A stretch of DNA of 64,000 nucleotides from an uncultured Actinomycetes bacterium (lineage in GTDB: Bacteria; Actinomycetota; Thermoleophilia; Gaiellales; Gaiellaceae), in NCBI GenBank assembly GCA_963850415.1, contig CAWKLE010000002.1:93865-157864 (forward strand), read 5' to 3'. The notes under the pieces were generated by a model. The model was not told where the DNA came from and did no database searches. It saw nothing but the letters and a program-made list of their open reading frames with translations. Positions 30,353 to 41,933 of the stretch are shown piece after piece (positions within the stretch are counted from its first letter, which is position 1; the number at the start of each line of letters is the position of its first letter). The position numbers were made by a program, and so were the translations under genes.

Positions 30353-33300
30353 ATGGACCTACCCGTGCTTCACCCGTTCGTTCGTGAGCTCGCCGAGAGC
30401 GAGCGCTTCCGCCTGTTCCTCGAGGAGCTGCCGGAAACCCGCGCGCGCGTGTCGGAGCCCGCTCTGCCGCTCGTCGTCTCGGCGCTCCACGAAGAGCTCG
30501 GCCGCCCGCTCGTCGTGCTCGCGCCCGAGGATGCGGACGCGCGCGACATCGCCGAGGCCGCGGCCTGGTTCCTCGGCGACGACCGCGTCGCGCTCCTCCC
30601 CAGCCGGGGCGTGAGCTGGAGCTCGGGCCTCGAGCCGCCGCCGCACCTCGTCGGAGAGCGGGCACGCGCCCTCGACGTCCTCGCTGCCGGCGGCCTCGTC
30701 AGCGCATCGGCCGCCGCGCTCGCCGAGCGCATGCCCCCGCCCGGGGCCCGCACCGAGCCGATTCGCGTTCGCCCCGGCGACGACCAGGGCATCGACGCCC
30801 TCGCCGAACATCTCGCCCTCGCAGGCTACGAGCGCGTCGACCAGGCGCAGGAGCGAGGGCAATTCGCTCTCCGCGGAGGCATCGTCGACGTCTATCCGAC
30901 GACCGGGCGCGAGCCGCTCCGCATCGAGCTCTTCGGCGACGAGGTCGAAAGCATTCGCGCCTTCTCGCCGTTCACGCAGCGCACCCTGCATCCGGTCGAC
31001 GAGATCACGGTCTACCCCGCGGCCGAGCGGCGGCTCGACCTCGAGGACGTGCGACTTCCGGACGACGAGGCCGGCGATGCTCCGAGACCGGTTCCCACCG
31101 ACCTCGTGCCGCCGGTCCCCTCCGGCCCCGACTTCGTGTGGCAACCGGTCGACGTACGCGAGGTCTGGGAGCAAGAGGAGCTCACGCCCATCGACCTGAC
31201 GAAGGCCGTCGAGCTCGACCAGCTCCCATCCGGCCAGCCGTTCTCGTTCGAGGCGCAGCGGCCCGCGATTGCCGCGCGCGGCCTGGCCGAAGCCGAGAAC
31301 GAGCTGCGCGCATTCGTCCGCGGAGGCCTGCGAACCGTCGTCGCGTTTCCGCACCAGGGCGAAGCGCTGCGCACGCAGAACCTGCTGCGCCGCGTCGACG
31401 CTCGTCTGATCGACGACGGCGAGGAGCTGCCCGACGAGGCCGAGCTCCTGTTCGCCGTCACCCACGCGCGTCGCGGCTTCGTCTGGCGCGAGCTCGGGCT
31501 CGCGCTGCTGCCCGACACGCAGGTCTTCCGCCGCCGCACCCGCAGCCGCGCCGCCCCGGCCGGCCGCGCGCTCCAGTCCTTCGCCGAGCTCCGCACCGGA
31601 GACCACGTCGTCCACGAGGACCACGGCATCGGCAAGCTGCTGGGCTTCGAGACGCGCGAGGTCGCCGGAATCACGCGCGACTACCTGCAGCTCGCATTCC
31701 GCGGGGAGGACCGCCTGTACGTCCCGCACGAGCAGATCGGCAAAGTCTCCCGCTACATCGGTGCCGATGCCAAGGCGCCGACCCTCTCCAAGCTCGGCGG
31801 CAAGGCCTGGAACCAGCTCAAGAGCCGGGCCCGCGCCGCCATTCGCGAGCTCGCGGGCGATCTACTGCAGCTCTACGCACGCCGCCAGAATGCGCCGGGT
31901 ATCTCGTACGACCTCTCGCAGGACTGGCTGGAGCGGCTCGAGACGTCGTTCCCGTATCGCGAGACCCCGGACCAGGCGGCCGCGATCGAGGCGGTCAAGG
32001 AGGACCTCGAGGCTCCGCGGCCGATGGACCGTCTCGTCTGCGGAGACGTGGGCTTCGGGAAGACGGAGGTCGCGGTCCGCGCCGCGTTCGCAGCGGCGCT
32101 GAACGGCAAGCAGACGCTGATGCTCGTCCCGACGACCGTCCTCGCGCAGCAGCACTGGAACACCTTCCGCGAGCGGTACCGCGACTTCCCGGTCATGGTC
32201 GAGATGGTCTCGCGCTTCCGCAAGCCGGCCGACGTCAAGCGGATCCTGGCCGACTTCCAGGCCGGCAAGGTCGACGTCCTGATCGGAACGCACCGCGTGC
32301 TCTCGCGCGACGTGATTCCCAAGGAGCTCGGCCTCGTGATCGTCGATGAAGAACAGCGCTTCGGCGTCGCGCAGAAGGAGCTGCTCCGCTCGCTCCGGCT
32401 CGAGGTCGACGTGCTCGCCCTGACCGCGACCCCGATTCCACGCACACTGCACATGTCGCTCTCGGGACTGCGCGACATCTCGATCATCGAGACGCCTCCC
32501 GAGGGCCGCCGGCCGATCCGCACGCACGTCGGCGAGTACGACGAGGAGCTCGTCAAGACGGCCCTCGAGCGCGAGGTCGCGCGAGGGGGCCAGGCGTTCT
32601 ACCTGCACAACCGCGTGGAGACGATCGACATGGCCGCCGACCGGATCCGGCAGCTCGTCCCGCGACTGCGGGTGACGGTCGGGCACGGGCAGATGCGCGA
32701 GCGCGAGCTCGAGGAGCAGATGCTCGCCTTCCTGCGCGGAGACGCCGACGTTCTCGTCTCGACGACGATCATCGAGTCCGGCCTCGACATCCCGCAGGCG
32801 AACACGCTCGTCGTCGAGCGAGCGGACGCCCTGGGCCTCGCGCAGCTGTACCAGATCCGCGGGCGGGTCGGCCGCTCGGATCTGCTCGCCCACGCGTACC
32901 TCTTCTATCCCGACGCCTCGGAGCTGACCCCGGAGGCGCGCGCCCGATTGGCGACGCTCGCCGACCACACCGAGCTCGGGGCCGGGTTCGCAATCGCGAT
33001 GCGCGACCTCGAGATCCGCGGAGCGGGTGAGCTGCTCGGAGCGGAGCAGCACGGGCACCTCGCCGCGCTCGGCTTCGAGCTCTACGTCGAGCTCCTCGGC
33101 GAGGCGGTCGCTGAGCTCGCCGGAGAGCGGCGGACCGTGGGCCGGCCGGTCCGGGTCGACGCGCGGATCGACGCATACGTGCCGGCCGAGTACATCCCGG
33201 CCGAGGCGCAGAAGATCGACCTCCACCGGCGCCTCGCCCTGACCGAGACCGAGGACGAGCTGACCGAGCTCGAGGCCGCGACGATCGACCGCTACGGCCC

Positions 33301-33568
33301 GCTGCCCGAGCCCGTGCAGAACCTGTTCGCGATCCAGGCTGCGAAGCTCAAGCTCGCCCAGCTCGGCGCCGACTACCTCGTGTTCCGGGGCGGCCAGTCG
33401 ACGGTCGGACCGCTCGTCCTCGGCTCAGAGGAGCTACGCGCGCTGCGCGACCGGGTCGACACCGCGGTCTACCGCACCGCTCGAAATGAAGTTTCGGTTA
33501 AGCACGAGGAGTTCCCGGAAGCGCTTCGATTGGTCGATGCTATACTCGAAACGCGCCGAGCAGCGTGA
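30353..33568 (+). CDS. mfd: transcription-repair coupling factor
   Basis: Intact 1071-aa ORF. It has a CarD-like region (GDHVVHEDHGIGKL), helicase motifs CGDVGFGKTEVA, VIVDEEQRFG, LTATPIPRTL and QLYQIRGRVGRS, and a TRG/C-terminal domain. Confidence 0.95.
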   Translation: MDLPVLHPFVRELAESERFRLFLEELPETRARVSEPALPLVVSALHEELGRPLVVLAPEDADARDIAEAAAWFLGDDRVALLPSRGVSWSSGLEPPPHLVGERARALDVLAAGGLVSASAAALAERMPPPGARTEPIRVRPGDDQGIDALAEHLALAGYERVDQAQERGQFALRGGIVDVYPTTGREPLRIELFGDEVESIRAFSPFTQRTLHPVDEITVYPAAERRLDLEDVRLPDDEAGDAPRPVPTDLVPPVPSGPDFVWQPVDVREVWEQEELTPIDLTKAVELDQLPSGQPFSFEAQRPAIAARGLAEAENELRAFVRGGLRTVVAFPHQGEALRTQNLLRRVDARLIDDGEELPDEAELLFAVTHARRGFVWRELGLALLPDTQVFRRRTRSRAAPAGRALQSFAELRTGDHVVHEDHGIGKLLGFETREVAGITRDYLQLAFRGEDRLYVPHEQIGKVSRYIGADAKAPTLSKLGGKAWNQLKSRARAAIRELAGDLLQLYARRQNAPGISYDLSQDWLERLETSFPYRETPDQAAAIEAVKEDLEAPRPMDRLVCGDVGFGKTEVAVRAAFAAALNGKQTLMLVPTTVLAQQHWNTFRERYRDFPVMVEMVSRFRKPADVKRILADFQAGKVDVLIGTHRVLSRDVIPKELGLVIVDEEQRFGVAQKELLRSLRLEVDVLALTATPIPRTLHMSLSGLRDISIIETPPEGRRPIRTHVGEYDEELVKTALEREVARGGQAFYLHNRVETIDMAADRIRQLVPRLRVTVGHGQMRERELEEQMLAFLRGDADVLVSTTIIESGLDIPQANTLVVERADALGLAQLYQIRGRVGRSDLLAHAYLFYPDASELTPEARARLATLADHTELGAGFAIAMRDLEIRGAGELLGAEQHGHLAALGFELYVELLGEAVAELAGERRTVGRPVRVDARIDAYVPAEYIPAEAQKIDLHRRLALTETEDELTELEAATIDRYGPLPEPVQNLFAIQAAKLKLAQLGADYLVFRGGQSTVGPLVLGSEELRALRDRVDTAVYRTARNEVSVKHEEFPEALRLVDAILETRRAA
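33538..33546 (+). promoter_or_regulatory. extended -10 element (TGcTATACT) embedded in the last codons of mfd, upstream of the PPIase gene
   Basis: The same 10-mer TGCTATACTC occurs at dnaK. The last ~30 mfd codons show an unusually high number of A/T third positions. The ATG of the next gene lies 54 nt downstream. Confidence 0.4.
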
Positions 33569-33599
33569 AGAAACTCGCTGCAAATGGCGCACTTTTTTC

Positions 33600-36711
<3,112 letters not shown>

Positions 36712-36720
36712 TCTGCGTTC

Positions 36721-38136
36721 ATGTCCGCCGAGCTGCCTCGCCGGACGAAGATCGTCGCGACACTCGGGCCCGCTTCGTCCTCGCACGAGATCGTGCTCGA
36801 GCTCGCGCGCGCCGGGATGGACGCGGCGCGGCTCAACTTCTCGCACGGGACGCACGAGGACCACGCGCAGCGGATGGAGGTCGTGCGCGAGGTCTCGGAG
36901 GAGGTCGAGCGGCCGATTGCGATCATCGCCGACCTCCAGGGCCCCAAGGTCCGGATCGGCGACCTCGACGAGCCCGTCACGCTCGACCGGGGCGACCAGG
37001 TGGTCGTCGCCGCAGAGGAGTTCGCGAAGGACGGCGAGCTTCCGGTGAGCCCGACGGCTGTCGGCGAGGTGCTCCAGCGGGGTCACGACGTCCTGATCGA
37101 CGACGGGCTCATCCATCTGCGGGTCGAGTCGGTCGAGCGCGGTCGTGCCCTGTGCACGGTCGTCGCCGGCGGCGTGGTCGCGGCGCACAAGGGCGTGAAC
37201 GTCCCGGGCGTCCCGGTCCCGATCCCGTCGCTCACACGCAAGGACATGGACGACCTCGACTTCGCGCTCGACCAGGGCGTCGACTTCGTCGCGCTCTCGT
37301 TCGTCCGCTCGGCCGCGGACGTCCGCGATCTGAAGGACCTGATCGAAGGCACGGGCTCGCACGCCCACGTGATCGCGAAGATCGAGAAGTCGGAGGCAGT
37401 CGACGCGCTCGACCAGATCCTCCGCGAGACCGACGCGGTCATGGTCGCCCGCGGCGACCTCGGTGTCGAGATCGGGACCGCGCTCGTCCCGCTCGTGCAG
37501 AAGCGGATCATCCTGGCCGCGCTCGAGCGCGCACGGCCGGTGATCACCGCGACCCAGATGCTCGAGTCGATGATCTACCACGCCGAGCCGACCCGGGCCG
37601 AGGCGAGCGACGTCGCGAACGCGATCCTCGACGGCAGCTCGGCGCTGATGCTCTCCGGCGAGACCGCGCTCGGAGAGTTCTCGGTCGAGTCGGTCGCGTA
37701 CATGGACCGGATCGCGCGGGCCGTCGAGCCGAGCCTCAGCTACCGGCACGAGCTCCCGCAGGCGAGCGAGGAGCCGACCGTCAGCCAGGCGATGTCGAAC
37801 GCGGCCTGTGACATCGCAGAGTCGCTGGGCGTCGCCGCGCTGCTCGTCCCGACCTTCACGGGCCGCACAGCCTCCGCGGTCGCCCGGCTGCGACCCCGCA
37901 GGCCGATCCTCGCGCTCTCGCACCACGACTACGCGCTCCGGCAGACGGCGATCGAGTGGGGCGTGACGCCGACGCCGATCCCGGAGGCCTCCGACGTCGA
38001 GGACCTGTGGTCGAAGTCGATCGAGGCGGCCCGGGCCAGCGGCTTCGTGGCCGAAGGCGATCTCGTCGTGATCACCGCGGGCACCGCGGTCAACCTGCCC
38101 GGGACGACCGACGTGATCAAGGTCGATCAGGCCTAG
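36721..38136 (+). CDS. pyk: pyruvate kinase
   Basis: Intact 471-aa ORF with TKIVATLGPAS, MDAARLNFSHG, KIEK.EA, MVARGDLGVEI and ATQMLESM. Confidence 0.95.
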   Translation: MSAELPRRTKIVATLGPASSSHEIVLELARAGMDAARLNFSHGTHEDHAQRMEVVREVSEEVERPIAIIADLQGPKVRIGDLDEPVTLDRGDQVVVAAEEFAKDGELPVSPTAVGEVLQRGHDVLIDDGLIHLRVESVERGRALCTVVAGGVVAAHKGVNVPGVPVPIPSLTRKDMDDLDFALDQGVDFVALSFVRSAADVRDLKDLIEGTGSHAHVIAKIEKSEAVDALDQILRETDAVMVARGDLGVEIGTALVPLVQKRIILAALERARPVITATQMLESMIYHAEPTRAEASDVANAILDGSSALMLSGETALGEFSVESVAYMDRIARAVEPSLSYRHELPQASEEPTVSQAMSNAACDIAESLGVAALLVPTFTGRTASAVARLRPRRPILALSHHDYALRQTAIEWGVTPTPIPEASDVEDLWSKSIEAARASGFVAEGDLVVITAGTAVNLPGTTDVIKVDQA

Positions 38137-38176
38137 CGCAGGACCCCGAGCGGTCCCGGCGAACGAGAGAGGCCGG

Positions 38177-38509
38177 ATGGCCCGTCGCTCGAAGAAACGT
38201 GTCCCTCGCGGACGGTTCCTGCTCCGCTGGCTCGGCGTGGGCACGCTCGCCCTCATCGCGTTCCTCTACTGGCAGCCGCTGCGGAGCTACCTGGGCACGC
38301 GCGATGCAGTCAAGCAGCAGTCCGCGGAAGTGCGCGCGCTCCGCGAGCAGAAGCTGCGGCTCGAGCGGCGGCTGGCGGAGTCGGACACGCCGCAAGCGGT
38401 GACCCGCGAAGCGCGGCGGCTCGGGTACGTCGTGCCCGGCGAACGCCTGTACATCGTCAAGGGCATCAGAGCCTGGCGCAACGCTCACGAGCATCGGGTC
38501 GACCGATAG
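38177..38509 (+). CDS. septum formation initiator family protein (FtsB/DivIC-like)
   Basis: 110 aa with a basic N-terminus, one TM (LGVGTLALIAFLYW), a coiled-coil (VRALREQKLRLERRLAE) and RRLGYV.PGE. It holds the usual position after eno/pyk. Confidence 0.75.
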   Translation: MARRSKKRVPRGRFLLRWLGVGTLALIAFLYWQPLRSYLGTRDAVKQQSAEVRALREQKLRLERRLAESDTPQAVTREARRLGYVVPGERLYIVKGIRAWRNAHEHRVDR

Positions 38510-38652
38510 ATTTCGCGTTCGCTCTCGGAGACCACTGACGTTCGCCGCCGGAGCCGGGCTTTGCCCGGCGGGAGGCTCACCCCGGAGAGGAAGACGATCG
38601 AACTCCCACAGACATCGGCCGGCTCCTGAGACCGTTAGACCGTCGATCCGCC

Positions 38653-38694
38653 GGAAAGGAGGGGGCGCACGGGGGAACCAGGGGTTTCCCCGTG
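38653..38694 (+). promoter_or_regulatory. SD followed by a 12-bp hairpin that contains the GTG start of the DUF501 gene
   Basis: GGAAAGGAGGGGG (38653-38665). Stem CACGGGGGAACC (38668-38679), loop AGG, stem GGTTTCCCCGTG (38683-38694, one G-U pair). The last three stem bases are the GTG start. Confidence 0.45.
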
Positions 38695-39222
38695 GAGGCG
38701 AGCGAAGCGAGTCCGGAGGACCGCGAGCTTGTTGCAAAGCAGCTCGGCCGTCCGCCGCGCGCCTTTGCCCGCGTCGTCGTCCGCTGTCCGTTCGGCCGGC
38801 CGGCCGTGACGGAGCAGTCGCCTTACGACGACTCCGGCGCGCCCTTTCCCACGACGTACTACGTGACGTGCCGCCACCTGGTCGCGGCGATTTCGAGGCT
38901 CGAGGCGGCCGGCGGCGTGGAGCGTTGGTCAGAGCGGGCGCAACGGGAGCCCGACCTCGCCGAGAGCCTCGTCCGCGCCACGGAGGAGCAGAAGCGCATC
39001 CGCGCGGAGCTTGCCCGCGGCCGCACCGGCAGCGACCAGGGGGACTCGCTCCAGCTCGGGATCGGCGGCTCCCGCAACCCCGAGCAGCTCAAGTGCCTGC
39101 ACGCGCACGTCGCGTACGCCATGGCGCGACCCGGCTACGAGCTCGGGGAGCGGATCGCGAACGAGATCGTCCCGCTGTGGCCGGAGAGATGTTGCATGGA
39201 AGGCGCAGACCCGTCCTTATGA
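38692..39222 (+). CDS. DUF501 domain-containing protein
   Basis: 176-aa ORF with PFPTTYYVTCRHL......LEA.G, LKCLHAHVAYA. It holds the conserved position after ftsB in Actinobacteria. Confidence 0.75.
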   Translation: MEASEASPEDRELVAKQLGRPPRAFARVVVRCPFGRPAVTEQSPYDDSGAPFPTTYYVTCRHLVAAISRLEAAGGVERWSERAQREPDLAESLVRATEEQKRIRAELARGRTGSDQGDSLQLGIGGSRNPEQLKCLHAHVAYAMARPGYELGERIANEIVPLWPERCCMEGADPSL

Positions 39223-39304
39223 TCGGACGGACTTGAGACGAATCTTGGGAATTGCCTGCGCGTTCCTCGGGCGCCGCTGCGGGTGCGGGGCCGGAGGGCA
39301 CAGT

Positions 39305-39409
39305 ATGAGTAATACGGGCCCGGAGAGCCCCGTGCGCGCAGCGGCGTCAGGCGGTGGCTTAGGCCGGCTTGGCCGGCCGGGAGCCGCCGCCGGCGAGGGG
39401 CGCGCATGA
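39305..39409 (+). CDS. possible 34-aa leader ORF, translationally coupled (ATGA) to the next gene
   Basis: GGAGGG lies 6 nt before ATG 39305. Product is MSNTGPESPVRAAASGGGLGRLGRPGAAAGEGRA*. Codon bias is only moderate. Confidence 0.2.
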   Translation: MSNTGPESPVRAAASGGGLGRLGRPGAAAGEGRA

Positions 39410-39711
39410 GTGCCGTTGCAGTCGAGAACGCCCGCCTCCAGTGGGAGAACGGCTACCGCCGGCTGAACGAGCATGCCTCTGATCGGCCGACCTACGAGCG
39501 TCTCCTCGCTCAGGTCGACGTCCTGATCGACCAGCTCAACCGGCGGGTCGGCCAGACCTTCACGCTCGCCGAGCTGGCCGTCGCCTATGACGAGGCCGAC
39601 CGGTGGCTGCTCGAGGTGCTCCCGCCCGGAGCGGGTGCCGTCCAGCTCGGCCTGGTCGAGGACGCGGCGTTCCATCTCTACGCCCGCGGCGCCGTCGACT
39701 ACACGCCATGA
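39406..39711 (+). CDS. hypothetical protein (101 aa)
   Basis: Intact ORF with high GC3. No family recognised. The stop overlaps the next ATG (ATGA). Confidence 0.55.
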   Translation: MSAVAVENARLQWENGYRRLNEHASDRPTYERLLAQVDVLIDQLNRRVGQTFTLAELAVAYDEADRWLLEVLPPGAGAVQLGLVEDAAFHLYARGAVDYTP

Positions 39712-39920
39712 GCCGGCACCCGCGGAGGCGTCGCCGGCGCGTCGGCCCCTGGGTGCTGCGCGCGGCTGCGCTCGCGGTCGTGCTCGCAATCGGCGTCGCG
39801 CTCGGCCAGGCGCTCGACGACAGTTCCGCGCCCTCGGGTACCGAGACCTCGGTGCGCACGCTCGAGCCGGGCACGCAGAGCGTCCAGACGGTGACGGTGA
39901 CCGTGACGACGACGCCGTAG
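39708..39920 (+). CDS. small membrane-anchored hypothetical protein (70 aa)
   Basis: Product is MSRHPRRRRRRVGPWVLRAAALAVVLAIGVALGQ... with a Thr/Val-rich tail QTVTVTVTTTP*. It lies inside track ORF 39603..39920. Confidence 0.5.
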   Translation: MSRHPRRRRRRVGPWVLRAAALAVVLAIGVALGQALDDSSAPSGTETSVRTLEPGTQSVQTVTVTVTTTP

Positions 39921-39970
39921 TTTGGGACTGCGCCGGAGAGGAAACGGTAGGTTTAGCCAAGTTTCCCGCA

Positions 39971-40576
39971 ATGGCTGACCCTCGTGACACCGCCGCCCGG
40001 ACGCCCGTGCCCGCAGACGAGCCTGATTGGCTGACCCTCGGGCAGGCGGCGAAGTACCTGGGGATGGCCCAGAGCACGATTCGCAAGTGGTCGGACACCG
40101 GCCGGTTGCCCGCCTTCTACACACCGGGCGGGCACCGCCGCTATCGCCGCACGGATCTCGACCAGTTCCTCGAGCGCGGCGGCTCGACAGCGCCGAGGCG
40201 CGGTGAGGGGCGGCGCGTGATCCTGATCGTCGACGACGACGACCGCCTCCGCGAGTTCGTCCGCGTGAACCTGGAGATGGAGGGCTACTCCGTACGCGAG
40301 GCTGCGAGCGCCGATGAGGGGCTCGCCGCGCTCGAGGCCGAGCCGCCCGACCTGATCCTGCTCGACGTGATGATGCCGCAGGTCGACGGCTGGGAGATGC
40401 TCCGCCGGGTCCACGAGCGGCACGGCGTCGGCTCGATCCCGGTGATCATGTTCAGCGGCAAGGTCGAAGAGGACTCGCTGCGCACGGCTGCGTCCCGGGG
40501 GGCGCAGGGCTTCATCGGCAAGCCGTTCAACCCGCAGCAGCTGATCGAGTCGACGAAGCAGCTCGTTCCGGCCTGA
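39971..40576 (+). CDS. response regulator with N-terminal excisionase/MerR-type HTH and C-terminal receiver domain
   Basis: The HTH is WLTLGQAAKYLGMAQSTIRKWSDTGRLPAFYTPGGHRRYRRTDLDQF. The REC domain follows (ILIVDDDDRLREF...DLILLDVMMP..DGWE...PVIMFSGK...GKPF). Confidence 0.8.
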   Translation: MADPRDTAARTPVPADEPDWLTLGQAAKYLGMAQSTIRKWSDTGRLPAFYTPGGHRRYRRTDLDQFLERGGSTAPRRGEGRRVILIVDDDDRLREFVRVNLEMEGYSVREAASADEGLAALEAEPPDLILLDVMMPQVDGWEMLRRVHERHGVGSIPVIMFSGKVEEDSLRTAASRGAQGFIGKPFNPQQLIESTKQLVPA

Positions 40577-40676
40577 TCCTACAGCGGTGACGGCCGAGTT
40601 CGAACGTGTCGACCGGTCATTTCAGACGGATGCCGGGCTGAGCCCGCCATCCTGAGGCGGCATCGCAAGCGACGCC

Positions 40677-41198
40677 TTGGACACCCGACTCGAGCGCTGG
40701 GTCGTGCACCACCGGGTGCACGGGCTCGACGAGGCGTTCGTCGCGCTCACGCGCATCGGCACGCAGGGTGCGATCTGGCTCCTGATCGCGATCATCGCCG
40801 CGCTCTACTGGAGGCGGTCGGCGATCTTCCTCTACGTCGCGCTGGCCGATCTGCTTGCGGGCGTGTCCTCAGACTTGCTGCGCCACGCGATCGGCCGTGA
40901 GCGCCCGCCGCTTCGCTTCCCCGAGCCGCAACCGCTCGTCCACGTGCCGGGCAACCCGAGCTTCCCCTCCGGGCACGCGGCGACGAGCTTCGCCTGCGCG
41001 GCCACACTCGCGTGGCTGACGCCGCTGTCGCCGGTCGCGCTATACGTCCTCGCTGCGCTGATCGCGTTCTCGCGCGTCTACGTGGGCGTCCACTACCCGC
41101 TCGACGCGATCGGGGGCGCCGCGCTCGGCCTGGGAGTCGCTACAGCTCTTCGCCTGCTCGTAGAAGCCCGCCGACGATCAGCCCCACCGCAGCGATGA
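40677..41198 (+). CDS. PAP2 superfamily phosphatase
   Basis: KxxxxxxRP-like (HAIGRERPP), PSGH (FPSGHAATSF) and SRxxxxxHxxxD (SRVYVGVHYPLDAIGG) motifs are present, with several TM helices. TTG start. Confidence 0.8.
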   Translation: MDTRLERWVVHHRVHGLDEAFVALTRIGTQGAIWLLIAIIAALYWRRSAIFLYVALADLLAGVSSDLLRHAIGRERPPLRFPEPQPLVHVPGNPSFPSGHAATSFACAATLAWLTPLSPVALYVLAALIAFSRVYVGVHYPLDAIGGAALGLGVATALRLLVEARRRSAPPQR

Positions 41199-41622
41199 GC
41201 GCGATCCAGATTCCGATCCCGCGCCCGTCGTAGGGGAAGAACGTGTCGGGGACCGAGATCACGCGGATGAGCACGAGGATCGTGGCGAGCGACCCGAGGA
41301 CGATGATCACGAGGCTCTCGGGTATCGTCGCGGGCAGCTCGATCCCGAGCTCGCGCAGCACGACGAGCACGACCACGGCGAGACCGAGCAGGAAGACGAG
41401 CTTCCCGATCACTCCGGTGTGCCAGCCGATGACCGCGATCGTCGGCCCCTCGCCCGACCCCGCGTACCAGCCCATGAACGTCGACAGCATCAGCACGAAC
41501 CCGGCGAGTGCGGTGACACGCTCGCCCATCGCCCAGATTCCTCCGGGCAGAAGGAGCAGCGGGTCGCGCCCGGGCTCGCTGCGAGCGGGGCGGTCGGGCT
41601 GGTAAGGCTCGGAAGGCTCCAC
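41140..41622 (-). CDS. integral membrane protein (4 TM), hypothetical
   Basis: 160-aa ORF with hydrophobic helices and high GC3. The 3' end overlaps the convergent PAP2 gene. Confidence 0.55.
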   Translation of the reverse strand: MEPSEPYQPDRPARSEPGRDPLLLLPGGIWAMGERVTALAGFVLMLSTFMGWYAGSGEGPTIAVIGWHTGVIGKLVFLLGLAVVVLVVLRELGIELPATIPESLVIIVLGSLATILVLIRVISVPDTFFPYDGRGIGIWIALIAAVGLIVGGLLRAGEEL

Positions 41623-41633
41623 GCGCGAAGTAT

Positions 41634-41870
41634 CTACAGTCCGAACGTCCTCTGGATCTGGTGCCAGATGACGAGGGTCAGGTAGACGCTCGCCGCGACG
41701 AGGGCGAGGAGCACCACCCAGTAGCGGAGCTTCGCGCGCTTCGTCTCGCGGCGACGATTGCGGTGAACGCGGCGGCGGGCTCGGTGCAGCTCATACGCAC
41801 GTTGGACAGCGGCCGGATCGAGCTCCAGCGCTTCGTCCACCAGTTCCGGGCGGCGAGCCGGCTGGGCCAT
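41634..41870 (-). CDS. small single-TM protein (78 aa)
   Basis: ATG 41870 (MAQPARRPELVDEAL...KLRYWVVLLALVAASVYLTLVIW...). The upstream part of track ORF 41634..42092 is a shadow of the phosphatase gene. Confidence 0.45.
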   Translation of the reverse strand: MAQPARRPELVDEALELDPAAVQRAYELHRARRRVHRNRRRETKRAKLRYWVVLLALVAASVYLTLVIWHQIQRTFGL

Positions 41871-41933
41871 GCAGGAGAGCATAAACGCGCAGACAGGCCG
41901 ACTGACGCGATGAGGAATACTTTTCGAGAGGGA

